This document shows positions 29,410 through 40,058 of a stretch of 64,000 nt of DNA, piece after piece. Source of the stretch: Nitrospirota bacterium (GTDB lineage Bacteria > Nitrospirota > UBA9217); assembly GCA_963737155.1 (NCBI GenBank), contig CAVTRN010000002.1, positions 2,496,001 through 2,560,000 on the forward strand, read 5' to 3'. The position numbers and the translations under genes are program-made. Each line of letters begins with the position of its first letter. The first letter of the stretch is position 1. The notes under the pieces are model-generated. The model was not told the DNA's origin. It was given only the letters and a program-made list of their open reading frames with translations, and did no database searches.

Positions 29410-29527
29410 GCTTTTTTCAACAAGGCAGATAAACCGGTGGGCTGTCGGGAAATGCCACCTTTTTTCTGGTATGCTTCCCGGGTGATATCCTTGCTTGTTC
29501 AACCATTTTCCCGAGAAGGAGTACGCC

Positions 29528-30052
29528 ATGAATAATCAGGCTGTGCGTTCCTACGAGTTCAAAAATGATTATCTGTACGTTGTTATCAGGCAGATGCCTG
29601 AACAAGGCGATCGGACTTATCTGTATTGCTGTGGGATCAACACGACGCGGTTCGATCCGATCTGCTGGGGCAAAACCGGCATCTGTTCGAATCCCGCTTT
29701 CAAGGGACTGCAGCAGATGCGCGCTGACGTCTCAGCCTTTGCGCTGAATAATAGTTTCCAGACCAAGTCGGCTGAGGGCATCGATTGCACCCCGATCACG
29801 CCCCGCGGCCACGGGTGGTACCGCGAGAACATGCTCATTATCGACGCGTCTCCGAAGAATATCAGTGAAACTCTTGAATACAGTGTCTGGGACTTAGTCA
29901 AGACGGTTCTCTATGTCTGTGCACCGGAAGCAAAAGTCCCCGACAAACAGCCGACACCCTCTGAGCTTCAAAAGTGGCTCGACACGTTCAATGTGAAAAA
30001 TTACGTGGCGGCTGCTCCACCTCCGATCGCGAGAGTGCGAGACCAAAAATAA
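29528..30052 (+). CDS. Hypothetical protein
   Basis: 174-aa ORF with RBS AAGGAG; no motif recognised. Confidence 0.65.
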   Translation: MNNQAVRSYEFKNDYLYVVIRQMPEQGDRTYLYCCGINTTRFDPICWGKTGICSNPAFKGLQQMRADVSAFALNNSFQTKSAEGIDCTPITPRGHGWYRENMLIIDASPKNISETLEYSVWDLVKTVLYVCAPEAKVPDKQPTPSELQKWLDTFNVKNYVAAAPPPIARVRDQK

Positions 30053-30143
30053 GAGATCTTCATCATTTCTCTCATGAAGGATATTCCCCACTGACCAGTC
30101 GGGAATATCCTTCGCGTTTCCAGAGTTTTCCGGGGGCTCTGCC

Positions 30144-31193
30144 ATGTCCTCTCTAGCGCTCATCAAAGACGACCGTTATCTGGAGCACTACGCCGGTGAG
30201 GGCCATCCTGAGAGCCCTAACCGACTCCGCGTGATCCATGACCTGATTAACGCGGAATTCAGCAACCTCCCCCATATACCGCCCCGTCTTGCAACGGAAA
30301 GTGAACTGACCCTCATCCATGACCCGTTCTACATTCAAACGGTGGCAAACACGGAGGGCAAGCTATTCTCACGGCTCGATCCTGACACCGGCCTCTCAGC
30401 CCGGTCTTACGAAATCGCGCGACTCGCGGCAGGCGGTCTCCTTCAGGCCGTAGACACCCTCCTGTCTCATGACCCCGGCCCTCGGACCCCGAAAGCTGTT
30501 TTCGCATTCGTTCGGCCGCCAGGGCACCACGCTGAATCTTCACGAGGCATGGGGTTTTGTATTTTTAATAACGTTGCGATCGCCGCCGAATATGCCAGAG
30601 TAAAGTTCGGCTTAAAGCGTATTCTGATTGTGGACTGGGATCTGCATCACGGAAATGGTACACAGCACGCATTTTACGATAGCCCTTCCGTGCTCTATTT
30701 TTCTTCGCATCAGTATCCCCACTATCCCGGTTCCGGTAGCATCGATGAAATAGGCAGCGGTGCTGGCGAAGGCTTTACTATAAATGCTCCCCTGCCTGCC
30801 GGTTTCGGTGATGCTGAATTCCTCCGTATTTATTCCACCGTCTTGTTGCCAGTCGCGCTGGAGTACAATCCGGATATGGTCCTTGTCTCGGCAGGTTTCG
30901 ATCCTTCAGCCCAGGATCCCTTGGGTGGAATGAAGGTGACCGAGAAAGGTTTCGGTGCGCTGGCCGACATTGTCCAATACATCGCGAAGGCTTCCTGCGC
31001 TGGGAAAATATTAATAACGCTCGAGGGTGGCTACAATCCCGAGGGGTTAAGAAGCGGAGTAAGATCGGTGCTCCGGACACTCCTTAATTGTAATACGTCT
31101 AAAGTTATAGAAAAAATACCAGCAAACGAGGCGGACCGGATTATCGAGCGTATCATCAGCATTCAGAAAAGATATTGGAAAAGTCTCCAATAA
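30144..31193 (+). CDS. Histone deacetylase family amidohydrolase
   Basis: HPESP.RL, RPPGHH, DWDLHHGNGTQ, SAGFD, LEGGY. Confidence 0.93.
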   Translation: MSSLALIKDDRYLEHYAGEGHPESPNRLRVIHDLINAEFSNLPHIPPRLATESELTLIHDPFYIQTVANTEGKLFSRLDPDTGLSARSYEIARLAAGGLLQAVDTLLSHDPGPRTPKAVFAFVRPPGHHAESSRGMGFCIFNNVAIAAEYARVKFGLKRILIVDWDLHHGNGTQHAFYDSPSVLYFSSHQYPHYPGSGSIDEIGSGAGEGFTINAPLPAGFGDAEFLRIYSTVLLPVALEYNPDMVLVSAGFDPSAQDPLGGMKVTEKGFGALADIVQYIAKASCAGKILITLEGGYNPEGLRSGVRSVLRTLLNCNTSKVIEKIPANEADRIIERIISIQKRYWKSLQ

Positions 31194-31280
31194 GAGACCT
31201 ATCAGCCCACTCCCCCGCCGGTGATACGGCACATGTAACGATTGTTGACTTAGCAAGCCTTGTTCTGGTATTATCAACGC

Positions 31281-32471
31281 ATGCCGCAGTTCATTTATAA
31301 AGCAGTGCGAGAAGACGGCACATCGATCAGCAGTGAAGCCATAGCGGCATCGGTCGAGGAACTGCGTCAGGAGCTGGAAAACAAGGGTTATCTCGTACTG
31401 AGCCTCGCTGCGAAAAAAAATCGGTTCGAAAAAAAGGGCGGCAATGAGAAGGACTTCCTCCTTTTTAATCAGGAATTCGTCACACTCATAAAAGCGGGGT
31501 TGCCCATCCTCCAAGCGATAGATCTCTTGTGCAAACGCACCCAAAATCCGCGTTTTCGAATAATCCTCGAAAATATCATCAATGATATCAAGGGCGGCGC
31601 AGCTCTTTCCGATGCTATGGCCCAGCATCCTATGTATTTCCCGCCCCTCTATACGTCCACTGTGCGCGCCGGGGAGAAGAGTGGCGCTATCGTGGACGTG
31701 CTCAAACGGTTTATCGTGTATCAGAAAAGGATGATCGCTGTGATGAGCAAACTGAAAATGGCGCTCGCTTACCCCATTTTCCTCGTCTTTGCCCTTCTCG
31801 GTGTTCTTACGCTTTTTTTCCTTTATATTATCCCGAACTTCATGAAGATGTACAGCGATCAGGGCAGCAAACTCCCGTTCCTGACCATGATGCTGATGTC
31901 ATTCACTACGTTCGTAACGCATGCCGCGCCTTTCATCCTGGCAGGTTTGGTTGCCGCGGGCTTTGGCCTCGCGATGTGGAAAAAAACGGACGCGGGGCGG
32001 ACGGCACTGGACACCGTGAAGCTCAGGATTCCGCTCCTCCGGTCGCTCATCACGCAGTATTTCCTTGCGCAGATCACCCGGACACTCGCGACCGTGCTTC
32101 GGGGAGGCATACCGCTTGTCCAGGCTTTGGACACCACCGCAGGGGTGATCAACAACAAAGTCCTAGCGCGCAGACTTTCGGAGGTTCAATCGCTCGTTAC
32201 GGAAGGAGTAAGCTTCGCGGACGCATGCGAGCGGACCCGGCTAGCATCGGATATGACCGTGCGCATGATCGAGGTCGGAGAATCGTCGGGAGACCTTCCC
32301 CAGATGCTTGAAGACGTTGCTGATTTCTATGACCAGGAGGTCGAGAACAGGCTAACGGCGCTAACGACGCTAATAGAGCCCGTGCTCATGCTCTGCATGG
32401 GACTGGTGATGGCAGTAATCGTCGTCGCTCTCTACCTGCCAATATTTGAAATGGGGGCGAACATTAAATGA
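31281..32471 (+). CDS. Type II secretion / type IV pilus platform protein (GspF/PilC family)
   Basis: AGLPIL, GEKSG, ALAYP, VGESSG.L, LIEP. ATG lies 6 nt after TGnTATTAT with no SD. Confidence 0.92.
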   Translation: MPQFIYKAVREDGTSISSEAIAASVEELRQELENKGYLVLSLAAKKNRFEKKGGNEKDFLLFNQEFVTLIKAGLPILQAIDLLCKRTQNPRFRIILENIINDIKGGAALSDAMAQHPMYFPPLYTSTVRAGEKSGAIVDVLKRFIVYQKRMIAVMSKLKMALAYPIFLVFALLGVLTLFFLYIIPNFMKMYSDQGSKLPFLTMMLMSFTTFVTHAAPFILAGLVAAGFGLAMWKKTDAGRTALDTVKLRIPLLRSLITQYFLAQITRTLATVLRGGIPLVQALDTTAGVINNKVLARRLSEVQSLVTEGVSFADACERTRLASDMTVRMIEVGESSGDLPQMLEDVADFYDQEVENRLTALTTLIEPVLMLCMGLVMAVIVVALYLPIFEMGANIK

Positions 32472-34192
32472 CGGCGTTCCGCAGAAGACGAGTAGGCGAT
32501 ATCCTCACGTCCAAGGGCGTCGTGAGTCAGGACCAGATCAACGACCTTTTGTTGAAAAGTGAAAGCCGCCAGAGGCGAATCGGCGAGATGCTCGTTGCCG
32601 AGGGGTTGGTGACGGAAGAGGTTCTCTTTGAGTCACTGGCGGAACAGCGCGGTTTGCGCTATGTTGCCCTGACAGATTTCCACATACCCGCCACCCTCTT
32701 TGAAGACATCCCCGTCGAATTGATGCAGCGGTATCAGTTCGTTCCCATAGAAAAATCCGGCGATGTGCTTATCATCGCTTTGGCGGACCCTAGCAACCTG
32801 CCCGCCATAGATGAGCTGGAAATGATCCTGAACAGGCAGGTCGAGATCACCGTGAGCACACCCTCGGCCATCGGAGCAGTATTGCAGCGAAGCGGATCGT
32901 CGGAGCAGGTTATGCATGCCGTTTCCGAGGATTTCAAGTTCCACCTTGTCAAGGAGCAGGAGGACGGAGAAAGAGAAGAAATCCTCTCCTTCGAAACGAT
33001 TGACAAGGATGAGAGCCCCATCATCAAACTCATGCATACCACCATTTTTGACGCCATCCAGCGCCGTGCCAGCGACATCCACATCGAGTCTACCGACAAA
33101 AATGTGCTGATCAAATACCGCATCGACGGTGTGCTATACCCCGCAACGGACCCGATTGATATTAGGTTCCACAATTCCATCGTATCTCGCATCAAGGTCA
33201 TGAGCGAACTGGATATTGCCGAACGCCGTGTGCCACAGGACGGCCGCTTCAAGCTCCGCACCTCCGGCAAAACCATCGACTTCCGAGTCTCGATCCTACC
33301 CTCCGCCTTCGGCGAAGACGTAGTCATCCGCATCCTTGACAAGGAGTCGATCACTGCGGGCGTCAATTCTCTCCGGCTCGATAGCCTCGGGTTCGATGAA
33401 CGCGACCTTACCAGGTTCCGCAAGAGTATTCGTGAACCCTACGGAATGGTCCTGGTGACGGGGCCAACAGGAAGCGGTAAAACAACATCGCTCTATGCGG
33501 CCATTACCGAGATCAACACCGGCGAAGACAAGATGATCACCATCGAGGACCCGGTGGAGTATCAGCTCCGGGGAGTGGTGCAGATCCCCGTAAATGAAAA
33601 GAAAGGTCTGACATTTTCGCGGGGCCTGCGTTCGATTCTCCGGCACGATCCAGACAAGATCATGGTTGGTGAAATCCGCGATGCTGAAACAGGGCAGATC
33701 GCGGTCCAGTCCGCGCTCACCGGTCACCTGGTTTTTACCACGGTGCATGCCAACAATGCTTTCGACGTGCTTGGCAGGTTTCTGAACATGGGGATCGAGC
33801 CCTACAATTTCGTATCATCGCTTAACTGCATTCTAGCCCAGAGACTTGTCAGGATACTCTGCGTCAGGTGCAAAAAGCCCGTCATCCATACGCGCAAAGA
33901 GCTCGAGGAGTCAGCGGTTGATTACGAGCAGCACAAGGACCACCACTATTACGACGCTGCGGGGTGCAAGGAGTGCAACTTTACCGGCTTCCGGGGCAGG
34001 AAAGCCATCACCGAGTTTCTCGATCTCTCGGACCCCATTCGGGAGATGATTCTGGAAAAAAGACCATCGTCGGAAATCCGAAAAGCCGCCATTGCGGAAG
34101 GCATGACAACGCTTCGCCAGTCCGCTCTTGCCAAAGTTTTCGCGGGTGATACCACTTTCAAGGAAATCAACCGGGTGACCTTTATAGAATAA
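32468..34192 (+). CDS. GspE/PilB family secretion ATPase
   Basis: ASDIHIE, PQDGR, GPTGSGKTT, TIEDPVE, DPDKIMVGEIRD, two CxxC. Confidence 0.94.
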   Translation: MTAFRRRRVGDILTSKGVVSQDQINDLLLKSESRQRRIGEMLVAEGLVTEEVLFESLAEQRGLRYVALTDFHIPATLFEDIPVELMQRYQFVPIEKSGDVLIIALADPSNLPAIDELEMILNRQVEITVSTPSAIGAVLQRSGSSEQVMHAVSEDFKFHLVKEQEDGEREEILSFETIDKDESPIIKLMHTTIFDAIQRRASDIHIESTDKNVLIKYRIDGVLYPATDPIDIRFHNSIVSRIKVMSELDIAERRVPQDGRFKLRTSGKTIDFRVSILPSAFGEDVVIRILDKESITAGVNSLRLDSLGFDERDLTRFRKSIREPYGMVLVTGPTGSGKTTSLYAAITEINTGEDKMITIEDPVEYQLRGVVQIPVNEKKGLTFSRGLRSILRHDPDKIMVGEIRDAETGQIAVQSALTGHLVFTTVHANNAFDVLGRFLNMGIEPYNFVSSLNCILAQRLVRILCVRCKKPVIHTRKELEESAVDYEQHKDHHYYDAAGCKECNFTGFRGRKAITEFLDLSDPIREMILEKRPSSEIRKAAIAEGMTTLRQSALAKVFAGDTTFKEINRVTFIE

Positions 34193-34215
34193 TAGGGTGT
34201 CACGAGGGTGACAGA

Positions 34216-34806
34216 ATGAGCAGTTCGACGTTCGGGTTTCAGGAATCACATTTTTTCACAGCTCGCGAGCTTCACCATCAGCCCGGGAAATCAGCGGGTT
34301 TCACATACATCGCGCTCCTGGTAATTATTGTGATCATCGGCATCAGTCTCGGCGCCGCGGGAAAGTATTGGCAGAATGTCATGACCCGCGATAAGGAGGA
34401 GGAACTGCTTTTTCGGGGCGATCAGTACCGTCTGGCCATTGAGCACTATTTTCTGGCGATTCCCGGAGCTCCGCAGTATCCCCAGACCATCGATGATCTG
34501 CTGACGGACGGCCGGACTGAAGTGGGCATGCACTATTTGCGCCGGAAATACAAGGACCCGATGACGGGAAAGGATTTTAAGGAGATCCGCGATCCACTCA
34601 GTAACCGCATTACCGGCGTGTATAGCGAAAGCAACATGACACCGTTGAAACAGGCCAATTTCCCAGGACTCTATAAGGACTTTGAGGGGAAACAGCAGTA
34701 CAGTGATTGGCGATTCATTTCGAGCATAATAACTGCTCCGACAGCGAGCGTCGGTTATAACCCGAGAAGAATGCGCGCGATGCCCACACCTCAGCCAACG
34801 CACTAG
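34216..34806 (+). CDS. Pseudopilin / type II secretion system protein
   Basis: Prepilin site G|FTYIALL (no Glu at +5), hydrophobic helix, KEEELLFRG, YLRRKYKDP. Confidence 0.82.
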   Translation: MSSSTFGFQESHFFTARELHHQPGKSAGFTYIALLVIIVIIGISLGAAGKYWQNVMTRDKEEELLFRGDQYRLAIEHYFLAIPGAPQYPQTIDDLLTDGRTEVGMHYLRRKYKDPMTGKDFKEIRDPLSNRITGVYSESNMTPLKQANFPGLYKDFEGKQQYSDWRFISSIITAPTASVGYNPRRMRAMPTPQPTH

Positions 34807-34925
34807 TTGCAGCGAGTCGGACAACAATAATAAATCCCCGATTATATCGTATACCACGCAACGCTGATGTATTCGGAACAAACCATAAAAGCGCAGAAAA
34901 AGGACACTGGATTTTTATGGTATTC

Positions 34926-35132
34926 ATGCAGAAGCTGCCTTGGGGACTGCTCATTATCGCCTGTTTGACTTTGGGGCTTGCCCCCTTTGCACCTCCCCAT
35001 ATCTGGGAAAAGCTCCAGATGTTGGCTAAAGGCAGGCTGGTCAAGCCCATTGACTGGTTCGATCTTATTTTACATGGTACACCATGGGTCCTGCTCATCG
35101 TCAAGGTAGTGGGAACGTTGGTGCAGCAATGA
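34926..35132 (+). CDS. Small membrane protein
   Basis: LTLGLAPFAPPHIWEKL..DWFDL.LHG pattern; start could also be 34917. Confidence 0.7.
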   Translation: MQKLPWGLLIIACLTLGLAPFAPPHIWEKLQMLAKGRLVKPIDWFDLILHGTPWVLLIVKVVGTLVQQ

Positions 35133-35178
35133 TTGCCATAGAAGGCTAACCTTCAGAGCGCGCTCCTCCGGTTCACTC

Positions 35179-35373
35179 TCAGTCCTTCAGCATGTCATCC
35201 AATATTTTCGCTGCATCCTGAACATATTTCGGACAACGCTTTTTGAAATGTTTATCCTTCCGCGCTTGCTGCCATCCTTCCTCCATGGACAAATCACCTT
35301 CCCAGCAGAGGGTCGTCTTGTCTCGGGCTTGGAATTTACGCATAAACTTGGCTGCAAGCGCATTGGAAAACAC
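35179..35373 (-). pseudogene. C-terminal fragment of a C-GCAxxG-C-C family protein
   Basis: FMRKFQARDKTTLC..DLSMEEGWQQA..FKKRCPKYVQDAAKIL resembles the family C-terminus; N-terminal motifs absent. Confidence 0.55.
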
Positions 35374-35627
35374 GCTACGGATTCTCCTTCATAAGTCCAA
35401 TTCCTCGGTGTCCTATCATCGGATATTGCAACACTCATTCCGGAGAAACTCTATCTTTTCAGGAATCACACACGCAGGAAATTGTCATTAAATATATGCA
35501 TTTGATAATTTTTTTTTCAAACGGCCCGTTGGCAGCCTGCCATTTTCCCCTTGATTTATCGCGATGCTTGCATTAGATTATATTTTGTTTGCTCATATTT
35601 CTTTATGGGCCGCAAGGAGGCAGATTG

Positions 35628-36503
35628 ATGGCAGAGCAAGATTTTTCAAAAAAAGAAAAAAATTACCATACCGACATCCCTCAAAAAAGCGAAGCTTTCT
35701 TTCTAAAGGGATCGAATGCCTATGACTGGGGCATGAAAAACAGGCTTGCCCGAATTTTCAATCCCCAGTCCGGGAAAACCGTCATGCTGGCCTTCGACCA
35801 TGGATATTTTCAGGGCCCCACGACCGGTCTTGAGCGAGTCGACGTTTCGATCCTGCCGCTCATCCCTCATGCCGACGCGCTCATGCTTACCCGCGGAATT
35901 TTGCGCTCCGTCATAGAGCCATCGGTAACCAACTCGATCGTTATGCGCGCCAGCGGCGGTCCGAGCATCCTGAAAGAGCTCTCTGATGAGCGCATTGCCG
36001 TAGACATAGAAGATGCGCTGCGCATGAACGTGTCCGCCGTGGCCGTGCAGGTCTTCATCGGCGGGCCCTTCGAAACTCAGACTGTGAACAACATGACCCG
36101 CCTCATCGACATGGGCATGCGATACGGCATGCCGGTGCTCGGCGTTACCGCGGTGGGCAAGGAACTCATCCGCGATGCCCGGTACATAGGCCTTGCAAGC
36201 CGTATCCTGGCAGAACTGGGTGCATCTTTCGTAAAAACGTATTTCGTTCCGAATTTCGAGCAGGTCACAGCCTCCTGTCCGGTACCGATCGTGATCGCAG
36301 GGGGCACGAAACTTCCCGAACGGGACGCCCTTCAGATGGCCCGCGATGCCATAGACCAAGGCGCTTCGGGAGTGGATATGGGGAGGAATATTTTCCAGTC
36401 TGATTCACCGGTTGCTATGATCGGTGCTGTTCGCAAGGTTGTTCATGATGGCATAAGCGTGAAAGAAGCATACGAGTACTACTTGGACATGAAGAAAAAA
36501 TGA
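35628..36503 (+). CDS. lsrF: LsrF-like class I aldolase / thiolase
   Basis: [34 protein letters not shown] (Schiff-base Lys), [12 protein letters not shown]. Confidence 0.85.
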   Translation: MAEQDFSKKEKNYHTDIPQKSEAFFLKGSNAYDWGMKNRLARIFNPQSGKTVMLAFDHGYFQGPTTGLERVDVSILPLIPHADALMLTRGILRSVIEPSVTNSIVMRASGGPSILKELSDERIAVDIEDALRMNVSAVAVQVFIGGPFETQTVNNMTRLIDMGMRYGMPVLGVTAVGKELIRDARYIGLASRILAELGASFVKTYFVPNFEQVTASCPVPIVIAGGTKLPERDALQMARDAIDQGASGVDMGRNIFQSDSPVAMIGAVRKVVHDGISVKEAYEYYLDMKKK

Positions 36504-37543
36504 AAGTCGGTGTCTATTATAGCAATAGCGACGTCCGGGTTGAGGAGCGTCCCAACCCGAAAATCGGTGACCATGATATCCTCGTCGAGGTCATAGCCTG
36601 CGGTCTTTGCGGAAGCGATCTTCTGGAATGGTATCGGATCAAACGCGCGCCACTTGTGCTGGGACATGAACCTGCCGGGGTCGTCGTAAAAACCGGGAAT
36701 CTAGTCACAAGCGTCAAGCCCGGAGACCGTGTTTTTGTGACCCACCATGTCCCCTGCAACGCTTGTCACTACTGCCTGACTGGTCACGAAACTGCATGCA
36801 CCATGTTCCAGAGCAGGAATAATTTCGACCCAGGCGGCTTTTCACAACTGCTGCGCGTTACCGGGAAGAGCGTTGAAACAGGAACGTTCATTTTACCTGA
36901 CTCAGTGACATTCGAGCAGGCAACCTTTATTGAACCTCTCGGGACGGCTGTCCGGGCCATGAGGACCGTCGTGCTGAGACCTACGCAGAGCGTTCTGGTA
37001 CTTGGCAGCGGCGTCGCCGGATTGCTTATCATCAAACTAGCCCGAGCGCTTGGCGCCGGCAGAATTATCGCAACCGACGTCAGCTCCTCCCGACTTGAGA
37101 AGGCGAAGCAGTTCGGGGCTGACCACATCATTCCCGCCCACGCAGATATCCCTACGTTCATCAAAAAGGTGAATGAAAATAGGCTTGCTGATGTTGTTGT
37201 CGTTTCAGTAGGCGCCCTGGCAGCAGCACGGTCCGCCTTTCAATGTGCCGAACGCGGTGGTACGATACTCTTTTTCGCGGTCCCCAAACCGGATGAAACC
37301 GTAAACGTGGATTTAAATCCCTTCTGGCGCGATGACATAACGATCAAGACTTGCTACGGCGCCGCCCCCCTCGACAATCAACAAGCAATTGATCTCATCA
37401 GACACAGAACAGTGACGGTGACCGACATGGTCACGCATCGTTTCAGCATTGATGAAATCGGTAAGGCATTCGCAATTGGGGCCCACCCTGACGATTGCAT
37501 GAAGGTCATCATCGAACCGAACACAAACCCTAACCACGCCTGA
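36500..37543 (+). CDS. Zn-dependent alcohol/polyol dehydrogenase (MDR family)
   Basis: CGSD, GHE, CNACHYC...C, GSGVAG; ATGA overlap with lsrF. Confidence 0.9.
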   Translation: MKVGVYYSNSDVRVEERPNPKIGDHDILVEVIACGLCGSDLLEWYRIKRAPLVLGHEPAGVVVKTGNLVTSVKPGDRVFVTHHVPCNACHYCLTGHETACTMFQSRNNFDPGGFSQLLRVTGKSVETGTFILPDSVTFEQATFIEPLGTAVRAMRTVVLRPTQSVLVLGSGVAGLLIIKLARALGAGRIIATDVSSSRLEKAKQFGADHIIPAHADIPTFIKKVNENRLADVVVVSVGALAAARSAFQCAERGGTILFFAVPKPDETVNVDLNPFWRDDITIKTCYGAAPLDNQQAIDLIRHRTVTVTDMVTHRFSIDEIGKAFAIGAHPDDCMKVIIEPNTNPNHA

Positions 37544-38182
37544 CTCGTAGCCCCCCTGCTTTAATTCTTTGGATCATATCATTAACCTAGCTTGAAATGC
37601 TCATGAATGCAGTTATTGATTCCCGCAATACCGTAGCGCCGAGCTGCCCATCAAACACATTTTATTAAAAACTGCACAGCTCGGTCTTTGAGCAAAGAAG
37701 ACTCAACGATTCGCTTTTGACCCAGCAGGCCTGTATTTATACAGTACTGATCATCAGGTCGTTGATAGCAAGGGATGCACTGTAGGTGGAGGAGTTCGCC
37801 ATTTGGCTTCCACGAGATTAACATGAAAGCGTTTGCGGGCCACAATCGCATATCGACATCTTTTGTCGGATAGATTACCCGTCACTAAATCGTTTAAACA
37901 ATGGCAATGGGGTTCACGGTTGTCGGTTTGAAAGCATTTGCCCTCAGATCGTCTTAGCTCCATCACCGCGCGTTACTTCGTCCGACTCTCGACTTAATTG
38001 TTGTTTTTCTATAACCGCATGACATACTTTTTTTGCTTTTCAGTAATCTCGACAACATCCCAATACTTCTCTATTAATGATGCAAGGAAGCGTTGAGTTC
38101 GGCGTTTCCGGCAAGAAAAGCAACAACCTGGTTGCTTTCATATGTCGATAGCCGCCGAACCAGCCTAGGCCATACAATTCTT

Positions 38183-38211
38183 TTGACTCTTTCGGCTGTT
38201 CCCTTTATAAT
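38183..38211 (+). promoter_or_regulatory. Sigma70 promoter directly before the gpsA start (leaderless-type)
   Basis: TTGACT-17-TATAAT, 8 nt before ATG, no SD. Confidence 0.7.
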
Positions 38212-38219
38212 TCGCCATC

Positions 38220-39221
38220 ATGAACGAAAAAATCGCAGTTATCGGCGGAGGGGCCTGGGGTACGGTACTGGCCATACTTCTTGCAAACAAAGGGCATGAG
38301 GTGTCCCTTTGGATGTACGAAAATGAACTGGCCGAGGAAACTGCTTGCACGCGTGAAAACCGGGTCTACCTCCCCGGGTTTACCCTCCCCCTTTCCATTA
38401 ACATAACCTCCTCTCTCGGAACTGCAGTCATAGGAAAACCCATTCTCCTCTCCGTCGTTCCGTCACATACAGTGCGAGCGGTAACTGGACAGTACGTATC
38501 CTTTCTTAATAAGGATACAATTATAATCAGTGCGTCAAAAGGCATCGAAATCGACACGCTGATGCCGCTTTCCGATGTTTTCAGGGATATCTTACCCAAG
38601 GAAATGCACGGCCGCATTTGCTTCCTCTCCGGCCCCAGCTTCGCAACAGAGGTGGCTCGCAGGATGCCTACCGCAATCGCCCTCGCCTCCTCCGATCCCG
38701 TCCACGGCAAAAAAGCGCAGTCAATCTTGAGTAATGATTATTTCCGCGTGTACACCAACGACGACATCATCGGGGTGGAAGTCGCGGGCGCACTCAAAAA
38801 CGTAGTTGCGATTGCAGCAGGCGTTCTCGAAGGTATGGGCTACGGTTACAACACCATGGCAGCGCTGCTCACGCGCGGGCTCGCCGAAATGACGCGTCTC
38901 GGAGAAGCCATGGGTGGGAAGCCTTCCACCTTTGCGGGTCTTGCTGGCATGGGTGACCTTGTCCTGACTTGCACTGGTGGCTTGTCGCGAAACCGCACCC
39001 TCGGCACAAGACTCGGCAGAGGCGAAAAGCTCGATACCATCATGAAACAAACCAGGACCGTTGCAGAGGGCGTAAAAACGGCCAAGGCGGCCAGAGATCT
39101 CGCCCGAAAATACGAGATCGATATGCCGATTGTTGATGAAGTCTACCAGCTGCTCTATGAGGGCAAAGACCGGAAACTGGCCCTGAAGGATCTTATGGCG
39201 AGGGAATTAAAAAACGAATAA
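38220..39221 (+). CDS. gpsA: NAD(P)H-dependent glycerol-3-phosphate dehydrogenase
   Basis: GGGAWGT, SKGIE, SGPSFA, ALKN, GDLVLTC, SRN. Confidence 0.96.
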   Translation: MNEKIAVIGGGAWGTVLAILLANKGHEVSLWMYENELAEETACTRENRVYLPGFTLPLSINITSSLGTAVIGKPILLSVVPSHTVRAVTGQYVSFLNKDTIIISASKGIEIDTLMPLSDVFRDILPKEMHGRICFLSGPSFATEVARRMPTAIALASSDPVHGKKAQSILSNDYFRVYTNDDIIGVEVAGALKNVVAIAAGVLEGMGYGYNTMAALLTRGLAEMTRLGEAMGGKPSTFAGLAGMGDLVLTCTGGLSRNRTLGTRLGRGEKLDTIMKQTRTVAEGVKTAKAARDLARKYEIDMPIVDEVYQLLYEGKDRKLALKDLMARELKNE

Positions 39222-39249
39222 GCAATCCGCTTCTTCAGATTGACTCCTT

Positions 39250-40005
39250 ATGAATAAATCAGAGATTATTAAGCTCCTGCAAAACGTACGCACCGGCAAA
39301 ACCGACGTGGAAACCGCGCTCAAGCGGCTCAAGCACCTGCCCTTCGAGGACATGTCGTACGCCCATATTGACCATCATCGCCATTTGCGCCATGGGATGC
39401 CCGAGGTAATCTACTGCGAAGGGAAAACCCTTGAACAGATCGTGGGAATCACGAAGCGTATGCTCAAGGTGGGAAGCGATATCCTTGCCACTCGGTCTAG
39501 TGAGGTGATCTACAAAGCAGTCAAAAAGCTGGATCGCCGAGCCATATATCATAAAGCTTCCCGCGCCATCGTCATAAAGCATAATGAAAATAAACCCACA
39601 AGAGGCGTCATCCTTATTCTGACGGCGGGAACATCGGATATTCCGGCGGCCGAAGAAGCGGCCGTCACCGCCGACATGCTCGGTAGCACAGTGCAGACGG
39701 TGTTCGATGTCGGTGTGGCAGGAGTCCACCGCGTTCTAAGCAAGCGGGACATCCTAGACGACGCACGGGTGATCATTGTCGTTGCCGGCATGGATGGTGC
39801 ACTCCCTTCTGTCGTGGGCGGCCTCGTGGACAAACCCATGATCGCTGTACCCACCAGTGTTGGCTACGGAGCAGGCTTTCAAGGTCTGGCCCCGCTCCTC
39901 ACCATGCTCAACTCCTGTGCTTCAGGCATCGCCGTCATGAACATCGACAACGGCTTCGGCGCCGGGGTGCTGGCACATAGAATCAATCTGCTTGGAGAGC
40001 GGTAA
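39250..40005 (+). CDS. larB: Nickel pincer cofactor biosynthesis protein LarB
   Basis: PEVIYCEGK, AGTSD, DVGVAG.HR, AGMDGALPS, PTSVGYG, NIDNGFGA. Confidence 0.92.
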   Translation: MNKSEIIKLLQNVRTGKTDVETALKRLKHLPFEDMSYAHIDHHRHLRHGMPEVIYCEGKTLEQIVGITKRMLKVGSDILATRSSEVIYKAVKKLDRRAIYHKASRAIVIKHNENKPTRGVILILTAGTSDIPAAEEAAVTADMLGSTVQTVFDVGVAGVHRVLSKRDILDDARVIIVVAGMDGALPSVVGGLVDKPMIAVPTSVGYGAGFQGLAPLLTMLNSCASGIAVMNIDNGFGAGVLAHRINLLGER

Positions 40006-40058
40006 GCTTTGGCGATTATTGCAGTCGTGACGAAACGCAAGCAGATAGGTAGAAACTT

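Noticed and set aside
37560-38180. Short ORFs between the dehydrogenase and gpsA
   Set aside because: No RBS or recognisable motif; could be debris but cannot be supported.
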